A stretch of DNA of 63,997 nucleotides, counting the filler, from an uncultured bacterium (lineage in GTDB: Bacteria > DAOPZR01), in NCBI GenBank assembly GCA_964637655.1. It is 5 parts of 5 records of this genome, joined end to end, with 100 filler letters (N's around TTAATTAATTAA, not from the genome) between each part and the next. Parts side by side here need not be neighbours in the genome. Positions count along the whole stretch, not along the records: positions 1 to 14,011 come from CAZWUZ010000069.1; positions 14,112 to 28,107 come from CAZWUZ010000070.1; 3 more parts are not named here. The stretch is one strand, 5' to 3'. The notes below the pieces were generated by a model that worked only from the letters and a program-made list of their open reading frames with translations, made no database searches and was not told the origin of the DNA. Of the stretch, positions 7,962 to 16,677 are shown piece by piece. A program made the translations under genes and the position numbers. Every line of letters begins with the position of its first letter. Position 1 is the stretch's first letter.

Positions 7962-9381
7962 TGCTCAGGCACTGGCATCTCGGGTTGACTCGATACTGGC
8001 AACTGTTCCCGCAGCGTTGTTGGCCAAGGCGCGCGAATCGCTCGTTAAACATTTGTGCGGTGAGAACCTGCCTGAACATGTGCGCTTCCAAAGTGGTCGA
8101 TATCGCTGGCGCGCCGAGGTCGTTGGCATGGATGGAAGGCGTCAGCGCGTCAATCGGGTGTTGGGTAGGGATTGGGATGGTGCCACTCAGGAACAATATC
8201 GTCATTATGAGGCGATACTCGCGACGGCGAAGCGAACAGGCGACTACCGCCCACTGTTTGCGGCGCTAGAATCGCGCAAGCAAGCGGAGCAGGAGGAAAA
8301 CGTTGCCCGCGAGAATGAGCGGCGTCATGCAGCGACGCTGTCGGAACTGTGGGCTGCTGTGGGCTATAAGTTCAAAACACGTGGTGGTGCATCCTATGAG
8401 ACCGTCCCGACGATATGGGGTGGCCTGACCGTTGGCGAACTGGCACCGCAAGCTATTGACGACGGTATCCGCAAAATGGAAACGGGAGATTTTACGCGAC
8501 CCGTTCGCGGCGGAGCAGTGCGTAAGGCCTTGCCGCTTTCACTGAGCACGATATTTAGGTATTTGGGTGCATTCCGCAGGGCGTTGGCTGTATTGCGTCA
8601 TGCCGACCCGAACATTCCTGACATATTCGCGCAGCGTGCGGCACAGTTGCCCCCCGGTAAGACAATCATCGACCTTATCTATCCCGACCGTGCGGATGCC
8701 ACTACCATTACGCAGCGTCGCAAGCCGTCCGTCTATTTGGACTGGGAAAACGAACGTTTGCCGTTCATCGCGCGTGTGTTGTCTTCAGGGTTGCCCTACG
8801 CCGATGACCTTGCGGCGCTGCTGCTGACGATATCGCTGACTGCTGCCCGCCCTGGTTCTCTGGCAAGACTAACTTGGGAAGCGACGCCGGGAGGCAATTA
8901 CATACAGGGAAATACGATTGTTTTGTACCAGACAAAGGTCACGCGACGTCGGCGGTCGGCAGCAGCGGAAGTGTTCGAAGTGAACGGACAATTGCGAAAG
9001 ATATTAGCCGCACAGTACAAGCGCACGGGCGGTAAAGGATGTGTTTTCCCGGAGCTGCCTGCCAATGCCAGCGACGCTATTGACCGGCTTGCTGACCGTT
9101 GGGGTCTGACCAGATTGCGGGCGTACTTGTTCAAGCATTCAGCGCTGACCGACCTGGCACTTGTCACTGGAGGCACTCCGGCTCAGCTGGCCGCTGAGGT
9201 ACACATACAGGCGCAGACGCTCGATAAGCATTATGTGCTTGCGCGAGGGGTCACAGCAAGGCATTTTCGCCCGGGCAAACCCGGTGACACGATATTGTCG
9301 CGGCTGTGGTATAGCGGACTGGCGATTGATTCCGCACGCGGCATCATCAGGGTGTCGGCCGAAATCGGCGGAATCAAGTGA
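7903..9381 (+). CDS. divergent tyrosine recombinase (integrase)
   Basis: Box I 'LTAARPGSLARLTW', 'QTKVT', box II 'RAYLFKHSALTDL...HIQAQTLDKHY'; ends about 100 nt from a tRNA 3' fragment; start uncertain. Confidence 0.8.
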   Translation: MTARTAASLIVLPSRWRAADAQALASRVDSILATVPAALLAKARESLVKHLCGENLPEHVRFQSGRYRWRAEVVGMDGRRQRVNRVLGRDWDGATQEQYRHYEAILATAKRTGDYRPLFAALESRKQAEQEENVARENERRHAATLSELWAAVGYKFKTRGGASYETVPTIWGGLTVGELAPQAIDDGIRKMETGDFTRPVRGGAVRKALPLSLSTIFRYLGAFRRALAVLRHADPNIPDIFAQRAAQLPPGKTIIDLIYPDRADATTITQRRKPSVYLDWENERLPFIARVLSSGLPYADDLAALLLTISLTAARPGSLARLTWEATPGGNYIQGNTIVLYQTKVTRRRRSAAAEVFEVNGQLRKILAAQYKRTGGKGCVFPELPANASDAIDRLADRWGLTRLRAYLFKHSALTDLALVTGGTPAQLAAEVHIQAQTLDKHYVLARGVTARHFRPGKPGDTILSRLWYSGLAIDSARGIIRVSAEIGGIK

Positions 9382-9484
9382 TAAAAACAGAGGGGACCAA
9401 AAAAGGACCAATCGTCCGAGCACAAAACCATGATTCGCTGCAACAGCGACGAGAAACAATACGTGTTGTGCGCGAAAAGATACC

Positions 9485-9529
9485 CTCCGGAGCAAGAGGT
9501 CGTGGGTTCGAATCCCGCCGGGCGTACCA
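9485..9529 (+). repeat. att site: 3' half of a tRNA-Arg(CCG) gene
   Basis: CTCCGGA anticodon loop, GCAAGAGGTCGTGGGTTCGAATCCCGCCGGGCGTACCA T-arm and acceptor end; no D-arm and no complementary 5' anticodon stem upstream. Confidence 0.85.
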
Positions 9530-9541
9530 CTTATCATAACG

Positions 9542-9570
9542 ACCCGCCAGAAAATCTATGGCGGGTTTTT
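9542..9570 (+). terminator. intrinsic terminator of the original tRNA gene
   Basis: ACCCGCCA-9 nt-TGGCGGGT followed by a T run, just after the CCA end. Confidence 0.75.
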
Positions 9571-10048
9571 CTTTATCCCTTGAAATCGTAGCGGATTGCG
9601 CGCCCTCCAGTTGAACTGCGGGCACCTCACGTACTCATTGAGACAATAACCTGAGGTGACTGTACCATCCCCTCCTGAGGGTAAATTTGGTTGCAAAAGG
9701 CCCCCTAACTGGCCCCTGAAATAGTCACATTTTTTCCGAGCAGTGGTACATACTTATCTTGTGCGTGACCGGACGATCTTACGGGATAGTAGCCGATTCC
9801 CTGCTGAACAGGCAAGGTTTGCAGTGCATATTTAGAATCGTCAACTCCAAAATGGGGCGCAATATGGAATTGATTGGCCGGTAGTATACTACTGGCGAAG
9901 GAAGGTATTGTCCTGATCGCGGGAAAGACCGCCTGCTGCGTGATGGTCTCCTGTGCCTGACGGTGGGAGTGATTTCCTTGCCGGATTGCAACCATCACGA
10001 CTACCGGCTTGAGTTCAGAATTGGCGATATCAGCGTCATTTCCCCGTG

Positions 10049-10130
10049 CTACAACACGCCGCCGCCCATGATGAGGTGGAGGAGGCCGAGCATGATGGCG
10101 CGGCCGCGGCGTCGACCGTGGGCGATGATG
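10049..10130 (-). pseudogene. internally deleted duplicate of the 11252-11557 region
   Basis: 10049-10100 matches 11252-11303 and 10093-10130 matches 11520-11557, joined at TGATGGCG. Confidence 0.65.
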
Positions 10131-10266
10131 CAAGTCTTTGGCAGACCATACGTATATCTTCTTGTATGAAAACATGATGCATAGTTGATAGAGGTCTCTT
10201 TGCCAATAAGTTGTCAATGTGAAAATTGCGTGCCCCTTATTTTAGAAAAGTAATACCAACAAAATA

Positions 10267-10295
10267 TTGACATACTTATATTCTTGTGGTATGAT
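10267..10295 (+). promoter_or_regulatory. vapBC promoter with a possible autoregulatory inverted repeat
   Basis: TTGACA-17 nt-TATGAT with TG extension; CATAC...GTATG inverted repeat overlapping both boxes. Confidence 0.7.
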
Positions 10296-10317
10296 ATTGT
10301 CGGATTGGGAGAATGTC

Positions 10318-10548
10318 ATGGAAAAAGCAGTGGTCACTACGAAGGGACAGATTGTAGTTCCCGTGAAGCTGCGCCGGAGGTTTGGCATCAAACAGGGCAC
10401 GGTGGTTGGTTTCATAGAACAAGGCAACGCGCTAATGATCAAGCCGCTGGATAGGGACTATTTCACGCAAATGTCCGGCATCGCGGAAACCAAGGGGAAA
10501 ATGCTGCGGTCGCTGCTCGAAGACAAAAAAACGGAGCGCAAACGGTGA
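10318..10548 (+). CDS. vapB: AbrB/MazE/SpoVT-family antitoxin
   Basis: 'VTTKGQIVVPVKLRRRFGIKQGTVVGF' AbrB signature; overlaps the PIN gene. Confidence 0.9.
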   Translation: MEKAVVTTKGQIVVPVKLRRRFGIKQGTVVGFIEQGNALMIKPLDRDYFTQMSGIAETKGKMLRSLLEDKKTERKR

Positions 10549-10961
10549 AACCGGTCGTGCTTGATAGTTACGCGGTCATATGCTACCTGGAGCAGGAAGA
10601 AGGGGCAGCGGAGATAGCCGAATTATTTTCACAATGCGTAGCGCATAACCAACCGGCATTTTTCTGTGTGGTGAACTGGGGCGAAGTTCTGTATCACGCG
10701 CATCGGGTTGGTGGCGAAGTGACCGCGCAGCGCATCGAAAACGCGATGCGCTCGCTGCCGCTTGAACCGGTCGATGTCGACCAGGAACTTACCCGCATAG
10801 CGGCCAGAATGAAGGCGCACAATAAAATGTCGTATGCTGATTGTTTTGCCGCTGCGCTGGCGATCAAAAAGCGCGCGGGATTGTACACCGGTGACCCGGA
10901 ATTCGTGCAAGTTGAAAAAGAAGTGCACCTCAAATGGATCGGCAAGAAACATGGTAAATAA
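10545..10961 (+). CDS. vapC: PIN-domain VapC toxin
   Basis: 'VVLDSYAV', 'VNWGEV', 'MSYADCFAAALA', 'LYTGDPEF' PIN acidic residues. Confidence 0.92.
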   Translation: MKPVVLDSYAVICYLEQEEGAAEIAELFSQCVAHNQPAFFCVVNWGEVLYHAHRVGGEVTAQRIENAMRSLPLEPVDVDQELTRIAARMKAHNKMSYADCFAAALAIKKRAGLYTGDPEFVQVEKEVHLKWIGKKHGK

Positions 10962-11251
10962 CGTGAGCATCACACGATGGTGAAAATGACAGCGCATGAT
11001 GGTGCGGACCGCGGGCGATGATGCATAACCAGCCCGCATGTTCTGTGGCGTGGTGGTGCCCCGGTACTTAGCGTGCACAGTATACTCGGAAAAAGTCATG
11101 ACTTTTCCCGGTATAGGCGTCAGCAAGATTTACCAGAACGGTGCTGAAAACATCCTAACGGTTACCGCGCGTCGCTGGCTTGCTTCCCTGCCTTAGCCGG
11201 GGTGCTCACAAAGCGCTCGATGAACTGGCCAGCGTGTCGCCCGGGCCAATA

Positions 11252-11500
11252 TTACAGCACGCCGCCGCCCATGATGAGGCGGAGAAGGCCGAGCATGATG
11301 GCGACACCGCAGGCAATCAGGCCGATGATGGAGCCGGTCTTGCTCCCTTCCTTCGTCGTGGCGAGGGCGACGCCGCTGACGATGATGCCGACGGCGGCAA
11401 ACGGGATGTTGAGCCAGTTGTAGGCGCCCAGGCAAGGGATGAAGCCGACGAACATCCCGATCATGGCGAGAATCCCGAACACTAAACTGAAGATCTGCAT
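11252..11500 (-). CDS. small three-helix membrane protein
   Basis: MQIFSLVFGILAMIGMFVGFIPCLG...LLRLIMGGGVL, 82 aa, GGAGGG RBS. Confidence 0.75.
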   Translation of the reverse strand: MQIFSLVFGILAMIGMFVGFIPCLGAYNWLNIPFAAVGIIVSGVALATTKEGSKTGSIIGLIACGVAIMLGLLRLIMGGGVL

Positions 11501-11835
11501 GGTGTCCCTCCGGGGAGCGTGATGGCGCGGACGCGGCGCCGGCCGCGGGCGATGATGAGCAGCCAGCCGGCCGCAACGAGCGGCAGGGCGGCAGGATGGG
11601 CGGCCTGCGCGGCAGCGAGGTCGCCGCGGGCCAGCGCACAGACAGCGGTGGTCATGCCGCAGAGGATGCAGGAACCGCCGGCACGTTGCGCGGGGCACGG
11701 AGCGACGGCGGTAAGCAGCAATTCCGGCCCGGCAAGGCGCGCGGCAAGCGGCAGGCCGGCCGCCATGCCGGCGAGGATACCGGCAACGACGAGCAGGGCG
11801 GCGCGCAGGTCGCGGTGGAAACCGTTCGCTTCCAT
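11482..11835 (-). CDS. DUF2752-family membrane protein
   Basis: 'CP....GGSCILCGMTTAVCALARGDLAAAQAAHP' motif. Confidence 0.75.
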   Translation of the reverse strand: MEANGFHRDLRAALLVVAGILAGMAAGLPLAARLAGPELLLTAVAPCPAQRAGGSCILCGMTTAVCALARGDLAAAQAAHPAALPLVAAGWLLIIARGRRRVRAITLPGGTPCRSSV

Positions 11836-11883
11836 GAGACGAGCATAGCAGCATGGCCCCGACGCGTCAATGCGCAACCCTGA

Positions 11884-11996
11884 CCCTCACCCGGCGCTGC
11901 GCGCCGCCCTCTCCCAGAGGGCGAGGGGAAAGACGGGCAGAAACAGCAGAACCCTCACCCGGCGCTGCGCGCCGCCCTCTCCCCGAGGGCGAGGGG
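11884..11996. repeat. two tandem REP-like palindromic elements (CCCTCACCC...CCCTCTCCC...GAGGGG family)
   Basis: Copies at 11884-11928 and 11952-11996; related copies at 22231-22282 and, reversed, 47278-47322. Confidence 0.8.
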
Positions 11997-12140
11997 AACA
12001 GGCATGTCGTCACCCTGGGCATGAAGCAGCAGCACACGGATGACGGCTGGATTCCCGATAGCACACCTCGGGAATAACCAATATTATCCGGAGCACAATT
12101 TGGAAATGACGGGCAGGAGCAACCACGCGGGCGATAGACC

Positions 12141-12175
12141 TTGACAGAACGTTTGTCAATTGGTAAAATAGCCAA
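12141..12175 (+). promoter_or_regulatory. promoter/operator of the ArsR operon
   Basis: TTGACA-17 nt-TAAAAT; inverted repeats TTGACA/TGTCAA (12141-12159) and TTGG...CCAA (12160-12175). Confidence 0.6.
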
Positions 12176-12197
12176 CAGTCAAGGGTGGAGGACGGTG

Positions 12198-12521
12198 ATG
12201 GCGCTGAATCAGGCGGCGGCGGAACTGCAGAGTGCGGTATTCAAGGCGCTGGCGCACCCGGTGCGGCTGCGGCTGCTCGACGCGCTGCGCGGGCGCGACC
12301 TTGCCTTCAGCGCACTGCTGGTGAAGTTCGACCTCGACAAGTCGACTGTCTCCAAGCACCTGCTGGTGCTGGTCAACGCGGGGCTGGTGTCGACGCGGCG
12401 GGCGGGGCGGGAAACCATCTACCATCTCGAAGCGTGCTGCATCGACGAGTTTTCGCGCTGCGTGACGGCGGTGGTGCGGCAGCGGGTGCGGAAACAGGCC
12501 TGCTGCCTGGGACGGCGGTAA
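12198..12521 (+). CDS. ArsR/SmtB-family regulator
   Basis: 'FKALAHPVRLRLLDAL...STVSKHLLVLVNAGLVSTRRAGRETIYHL'; C-terminal CC pairs. Confidence 0.92.
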   Translation: MALNQAAAELQSAVFKALAHPVRLRLLDALRGRDLAFSALLVKFDLDKSTVSKHLLVLVNAGLVSTRRAGRETIYHLEACCIDEFSRCVTAVVRQRVRKQACCLGRR

Positions 12522-12624
12522 GCAACCACAGTCGCCGGCAGGCGGAAAAATGGATTCCCGACAGCACAATTCGGGAATGACGGCGTACTACGATACTGAA
12601 TACTGACGCGACAGAGGTGAACGG

Positions 12625-13923
12625 TTGGACTGGAAAACAGAACTGAAACTGCTCGGCTGGATCGCCATCGCCTTCATCGTATTGTACTGGCTGCCGGTGG
12701 GCAACGCCCGTTTTGACGGCGCGGTGATGGAAGCGCTGCACCTGGTCAAGTGGTATGCGCACGAGCATGTGCTGCTCTGCCTGGTTCCCGCGTTCTTCAT
12801 TGCCGGCGGCATTTCGGTCTTTATCAGTCAGGCGTCGGTGATGCGCTACCTCGGTGCCAACGCGCCCAAACCGCTCGCCTACGGCGTGGCGTCGGTGTCG
12901 GGCACGGTGCTGGCTGTCTGTTCCTGCACGGTGCTGCCGCTCTTCACGGGAATCTGGCGCATGGGGGCCGGTCTCGGCCCGGCATCGGCGTTTCTCTATT
13001 CCGGCCCGGCGATCAATATTCTCGCCATCATCCTGACCGCGCGCATTCTCGGCTTTGAACTCGGTGCGGCGCGCGCTATCGGGGCAATCGCGTTCAGTAT
13101 CCTGGTCGGACTGGGGATGCACCTCGTGTTCCGGCGTGAAGAGCAGCAGAAGGCGGCGCTGCAGGCGCACATGCCGGAAGCGGACGTGAAGCGCCCGCTG
13201 TGGCAGACGGTGATCTTCTTTGCGTTGATGATCGCGGTGCTCGTGCTTGCCAACTGGGCGAAGGACGAATCGGTGGCCTGGTGGTTTGCCATCTGGCAGT
13301 GGAAGTGGCAACTTACGGGACTGTGTGCTGCGCTGCTCGGTGCGGTACTGACGGCATGGTACGGCCTGCAGCCGCTGCGCGTGGTGGCGGCGGGCATCGT
13401 GGTCATCGTGCTGGCGCTGCTGTTCCCGGAGGAGCCATTGGTGGCATTCACGGCAGGGAGCGGGCTGCTGGCGCTGCTGGCCGGCACGGGCAACGACGAG
13501 ACGAAGCAGTGGCTGGGTTCGACCTGGACCTTCGCCAGGCAGATTCTGCCGCTGCTGCTGGGCGGGGTGCTGGTGGCGGGACTGCTGCTCGGGCGGCCCG
13601 GACATGAGGGACTGATCCCGTCGGCATGGGTGACGGGGGCGCTGGGCGGCAACTCGCTGAGCGCCAACCTGTTTGCCTCGATCGCGGGCGCGCTGATGTA
13701 CTTCGCCACGCTGACGGAAATTCCCATCATGCAGGGGCTGCTCGGGAGCGGGATGGGGCAGGGGCCGGCGCTGACGCTGCTGCTGGCGGGCCCGGCACTG
13801 TCGCTGCCGAGCATGCTGGTGCTGCGCTCGGTGATGGGGTGGAAGAAAATGCTGGTCTTCGTGATGCTGATTGTCATCTTCTCGACGATGGCGGGGATGA
13901 TCTACGGCACGTACGCCGGTTAG
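12625..13923 (+). CDS. ArsP/DUF318-family permease
   Basis: 'GTVLAVCSCTVLPLF', 'YSGPAINILAI', 'MYFATLTEIPI', 'GPALSLPS'; many TM helices. Confidence 0.88.
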   Translation: MDWKTELKLLGWIAIAFIVLYWLPVGNARFDGAVMEALHLVKWYAHEHVLLCLVPAFFIAGGISVFISQASVMRYLGANAPKPLAYGVASVSGTVLAVCSCTVLPLFTGIWRMGAGLGPASAFLYSGPAINILAIILTARILGFELGAARAIGAIAFSILVGLGMHLVFRREEQQKAALQAHMPEADVKRPLWQTVIFFALMIAVLVLANWAKDESVAWWFAIWQWKWQLTGLCAALLGAVLTAWYGLQPLRVVAAGIVVIVLALLFPEEPLVAFTAGSGLLALLAGTGNDETKQWLGSTWTFARQILPLLLGGVLVAGLLLGRPGHEGLIPSAWVTGALGGNSLSANLFASIAGALMYFATLTEIPIMQGLLGSGMGQGPALTLLLAGPALSLPSMLVLRSVMGWKKMLVFVMLIVIFSTMAGMIYGTYAG

Positions 13924-13938
13924 GAAAGGAACGGAGCG

Positions 13939-14011
13939 ATGAAAATTCAGATTCTGGGAACGGGGTGTCCGAAGTGCAGGCAACTCACCGCCAATGCGGA
14001 GCAGGCGGTGA
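13939..14011 (+). CDS. small redox-active disulfide (thioredoxin-like) protein, truncated at the contig end
   Basis: MKIQILGTGCPKCRQLTANAEQAV with CxxC; usual partner of DUF318 permeases. Confidence 0.85.
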
Positions 14012-14111
14012 NNNNNNNNNNNNNNNNNNNNNNNNNNNNNNNNNNNNNNNNNNNNTTAATTAATTAANNNNNNNNNNNNNNNNNNNNNNNNNNNNNNNNN
14101 NNNNNNNNNNN
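14012..14111. other. artificial contig linker
   Basis: N run, TTAATTAATTAA (stops in all six frames), N run. Confidence 0.98.
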
Positions 14112-14930
14112 GGCGAGCAGCAGCGGGAACGCCGCGCCGGAGAACAGCAGGCCGCCCCCGCCGGGGCGGCCCCGCGCCGGCCGGGGGCCCTCCCGCGGCC
14201 GGGGCGCCCCCCGGGCGGCCGGGGCGTCCCGCCCCGCCCCCACGACCGCGGCGGCGAGATCGCCCGCGACGAGCAGGAGGGCCTGCGGCGCGGCGAGCAC
14301 CCCGGTGACGACGGCGGCAGCGGCAATGCCCGTGGTGCAGGCCGGCTGGGCGATGAGCAGGCCGAGCGCCGCACCCAGCAACAGGCAGAGGAGCAGGCCG
14401 GTTCCCGGGAGCACCGCGACGGCGGACACTGCCGTACCCGCCAGCGGGACGAACCCGTTGCGCAGCACCGCCATCCCCCCGACAATGAGCCCGAGGCCGA
14501 GCAGCAGGCCGGAAACAGAGCGCCAGCGGCGCGGGGCCACGACATTGAGCAGCACCCCGACTCCGAGCGCCGCCATCGCGCCGCGGTCGTCGAGCGGAAC
14601 CAGCGCGGGCAGCGCCGGCAGCAGCGTGCCGGCCGCGATGCCGGCGAGCAGCGGCAGCGGGCGGCGCAGGCGCAGCAGGCCCGCTTCCGCCAGCGCCAGC
14701 GAGGCGGTCCAGGCCGCAGCCGGCGCACCGCGCACCGCGCCAGTGCAGAGACCGCCGAGCAGCGACAGCACCGCATTGCCGGCGCATTGCGGGAGCAGGG
14801 CGCGCAGCGCTGTCCCGCAGAGCAGCCCGAGTGTTTCGCGCAGGATGAGCAGACCGAGGAGCAGCAGCCCCGCGCCGGCGAGCAGCGCCGCCGCCGCCAG
14901 CACCAGTTCCGGTCCGGGCATAACGTTCAT
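14112..14930 (-). CDS. Na/Pi-cotransporter-like membrane protein, 3'-truncated
   Basis: Hydrophobic; 'GLLLGLGLIVGGMAVLRNGFVPL', 'GAALGLLIAQPACTTG' resemble degenerate Na/Pi cotransporter repeats. Confidence 0.55.
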
Positions 14931-16648
14931 TGACCGCCTCCATCGAGATAGGCAGGCAGGAGCAGTCCGGCCGCACGGTAGTACTCGGTGACCGCACAGG
15001 CGAGCTCATACTGCGCCTGCAGGGCGGCAGCATAGGCCTCGTCGAAATGCTGGCTGTGCTGCAAAAACTGGACGGTGGTCAGCCGCCCGAGCCGGTAGGC
15101 GCCCCACGCGGCGCGCAACTGCCCCGCGGCATCGGTGAGCGCCGTCTCGCGCAATTCGCGGCAGGCGAGCCCGGTGCGCAGGGCGCGCACTGCCTGGCGC
15201 ACTTCGCGCGCGATGCGGTTTTCCAGCGTTGCCAGCTGCAGCCGCTGTTCCTCGCGTGCCAGCGCCGCGAGCACAGCGCGCGCCTCGTCGGGCGACGCGC
15301 CGATGGGGATGCTGAACGTCGCCCCGATTTCCCATGGATGGAGCGGCACCGTCTGCTCGTTCGCCCCGCGCAACGAGATGGCCGAGGTGGACAGTGAAAC
15401 GGCAAGTCCCTGATCGCTGGTGAAACGCCCGTAGCCGTAGGTGCCGTAGGCGTCAAGCTGCGGCAGCGTGGCGTTTTGCGCGAGGCGCTCCTGCAGCAGC
15501 GCCCGGGCATAGGCCTGCTGCGCTTCGGGCACCTCGGCGCGGTTGCGTAAAGCCGCGGCCAGCGCCGCAGTGTCTTCGGCCGGCACCGGCACCGCATAGT
15601 CGAGGCCGGCGGTCTGCAACACGAGATCGCCGCTGCGCAGCCGCGCCGGGGCGAATTCGCCGTAGACCAGCGCGGTCAGTCCGTCAGCAGCCGCCCGCCG
15701 CCGTTCGAGCAGGCGCAGCAGGTCCGCTTCGCGCGCCGCGCGGTTTTCGCGGGCGGAAAGCACGTCGATTTCCGGTGCCTCACCGGCGGCCTGGGCGCCC
15801 AGCCGCTCCGCGAGAATGAGCCGCGCCCGCGCCAGCGAGCGGCGCGCAAGCTGTTCCTCGATTTCGCAGCGCGCCAGCAGCCAGTACTGCCGTTCGATTT
15901 CCGCCAGCAGTTCGCCGCGCAGCCGCGCCAGCCGTGCCAGCGCCTCCTGCTCCGAGAGCCGGGCGAGATCGAGTTCGCCTTCGGCATTTTCGCGCCACGC
16001 GCCGCGCAGCAGCGGTTTGACGATGGTGAGCGACAACTCGGTGTGCCGTTCGGGGTCGAAGAGCGGCATCAAACTGTCGTGGCGCAGGTTGCTGATCCGG
16101 GTCTCGCGTCCGGTCGCCTCGACAGTGACCTGGCTGTTGTCGGGGAGCCGCTGCGTCAGCGCCGCACGCCCCGTGCTGACGGTCGCGGTTTGCGGCTCGA
16201 TGAAGAAGGCGGCAACGTCGCGTTCGACACGGCGCCGGGCGGATACTTCCAGTACGGGATTGAACAGCGCCTGCTGCTCCAGCTGCTGCGCCTGACGCTG
16301 CAGCGGTTCGAGTTCCGCCACCCGCAGCGATACCGCATGCGCCAGCGCGATGGTCGCCAGTTCCCCGAGACGCAGGGGGGGCGTGAGCGGCGGCGCCGCG
16401 TAAGCGGTATCGGGCGCGGCGAAGACCGCCGCCAGTTCCGGGAGCACAACGGGCAGCGCGGGTTCGGGAAGCGTCACGGCGACGACTGGCGCCGGAACGA
16501 CCGCGGGCACGGGCACCGTTTCTGCCGCCGGTGTGATATGCGGGGGAACGTCCGACACCGCACCCGTTGGCGCTTCGTGACGGACCGCAGTCCGCCCCCA
16601 GCAGCCGCTGAAACACAACGCTATAAGGACACACAGGGATATGCGCAC
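14927..16648 (-). CDS. TolC-family outer membrane protein
   Basis: Lipoprotein-like signal 'FSGC', two OEP repeats ('EIERQYW', 'LPQLDAYG', 'FSIPIG'). Confidence 0.85.
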   Translation of the reverse strand: MRISLCVLIALCFSGCWGRTAVRHEAPTGAVSDVPPHITPAAETVPVPAVVPAPVVAVTLPEPALPVVLPELAAVFAAPDTAYAAPPLTPPLRLGELATIALAHAVSLRVAELEPLQRQAQQLEQQALFNPVLEVSARRRVERDVAAFFIEPQTATVSTGRAALTQRLPDNSQVTVEATGRETRISNLRHDSLMPLFDPERHTELSLTIVKPLLRGAWRENAEGELDLARLSEQEALARLARLRGELLAEIERQYWLLARCEIEEQLARRSLARARLILAERLGAQAAGEAPEIDVLSARENRAAREADLLRLLERRRAAADGLTALVYGEFAPARLRSGDLVLQTAGLDYAVPVPAEDTAALAAALRNRAEVPEAQQAYARALLQERLAQNATLPQLDAYGTYGYGRFTSDQGLAVSLSTSAISLRGANEQTVPLHPWEIGATFSIPIGASPDEARAVLAALAREEQRLQLATLENRIAREVRQAVRALRTGLACRELRETALTDAAGQLRAAWGAYRLGRLTTVQFLQHSQHFDEAYAAALQAQYELACAVTEYYRAAGLLLPAYLDGGGQ

Positions 16649-16677
16649 GACGTCTCCCTCCCGAAACGCATCGTAAC

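Larger units (their letters stand above)
1..9529. mobile_element. right end of an integrative element (prophage remnant, satellite or genomic island) at tRNA-Arg(CCG)
   Basis: Repressor, small-ORF operon, xis-like gene, integrase and tRNA 3' duplication; visibly lower GC than host genes; left end outside the window. Confidence 0.8.
12048..12581. repeat. GGATTCCCG...CGGGAAT palindromic repeats flanking the ArsR gene
   Basis: Copies at 12048-12078 and 12551-12581, degenerate copy near 12082-12110. Confidence 0.7.

Noticed and set aside
9456-9529. Complete tRNA-Arg gene
   Set aside because: Only the anticodon loop to CCA is tRNA-like; upstream bases cannot form the D-arm, anticodon stem or acceptor stem, so it is treated as an att remnant
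9633-9655. Resemblance of CTCATTGAGACAATAACCTGA to the Tn3 bla promoter region
   Set aside because: Short gapped match with no bla or vector sequence around it; probably coincidence
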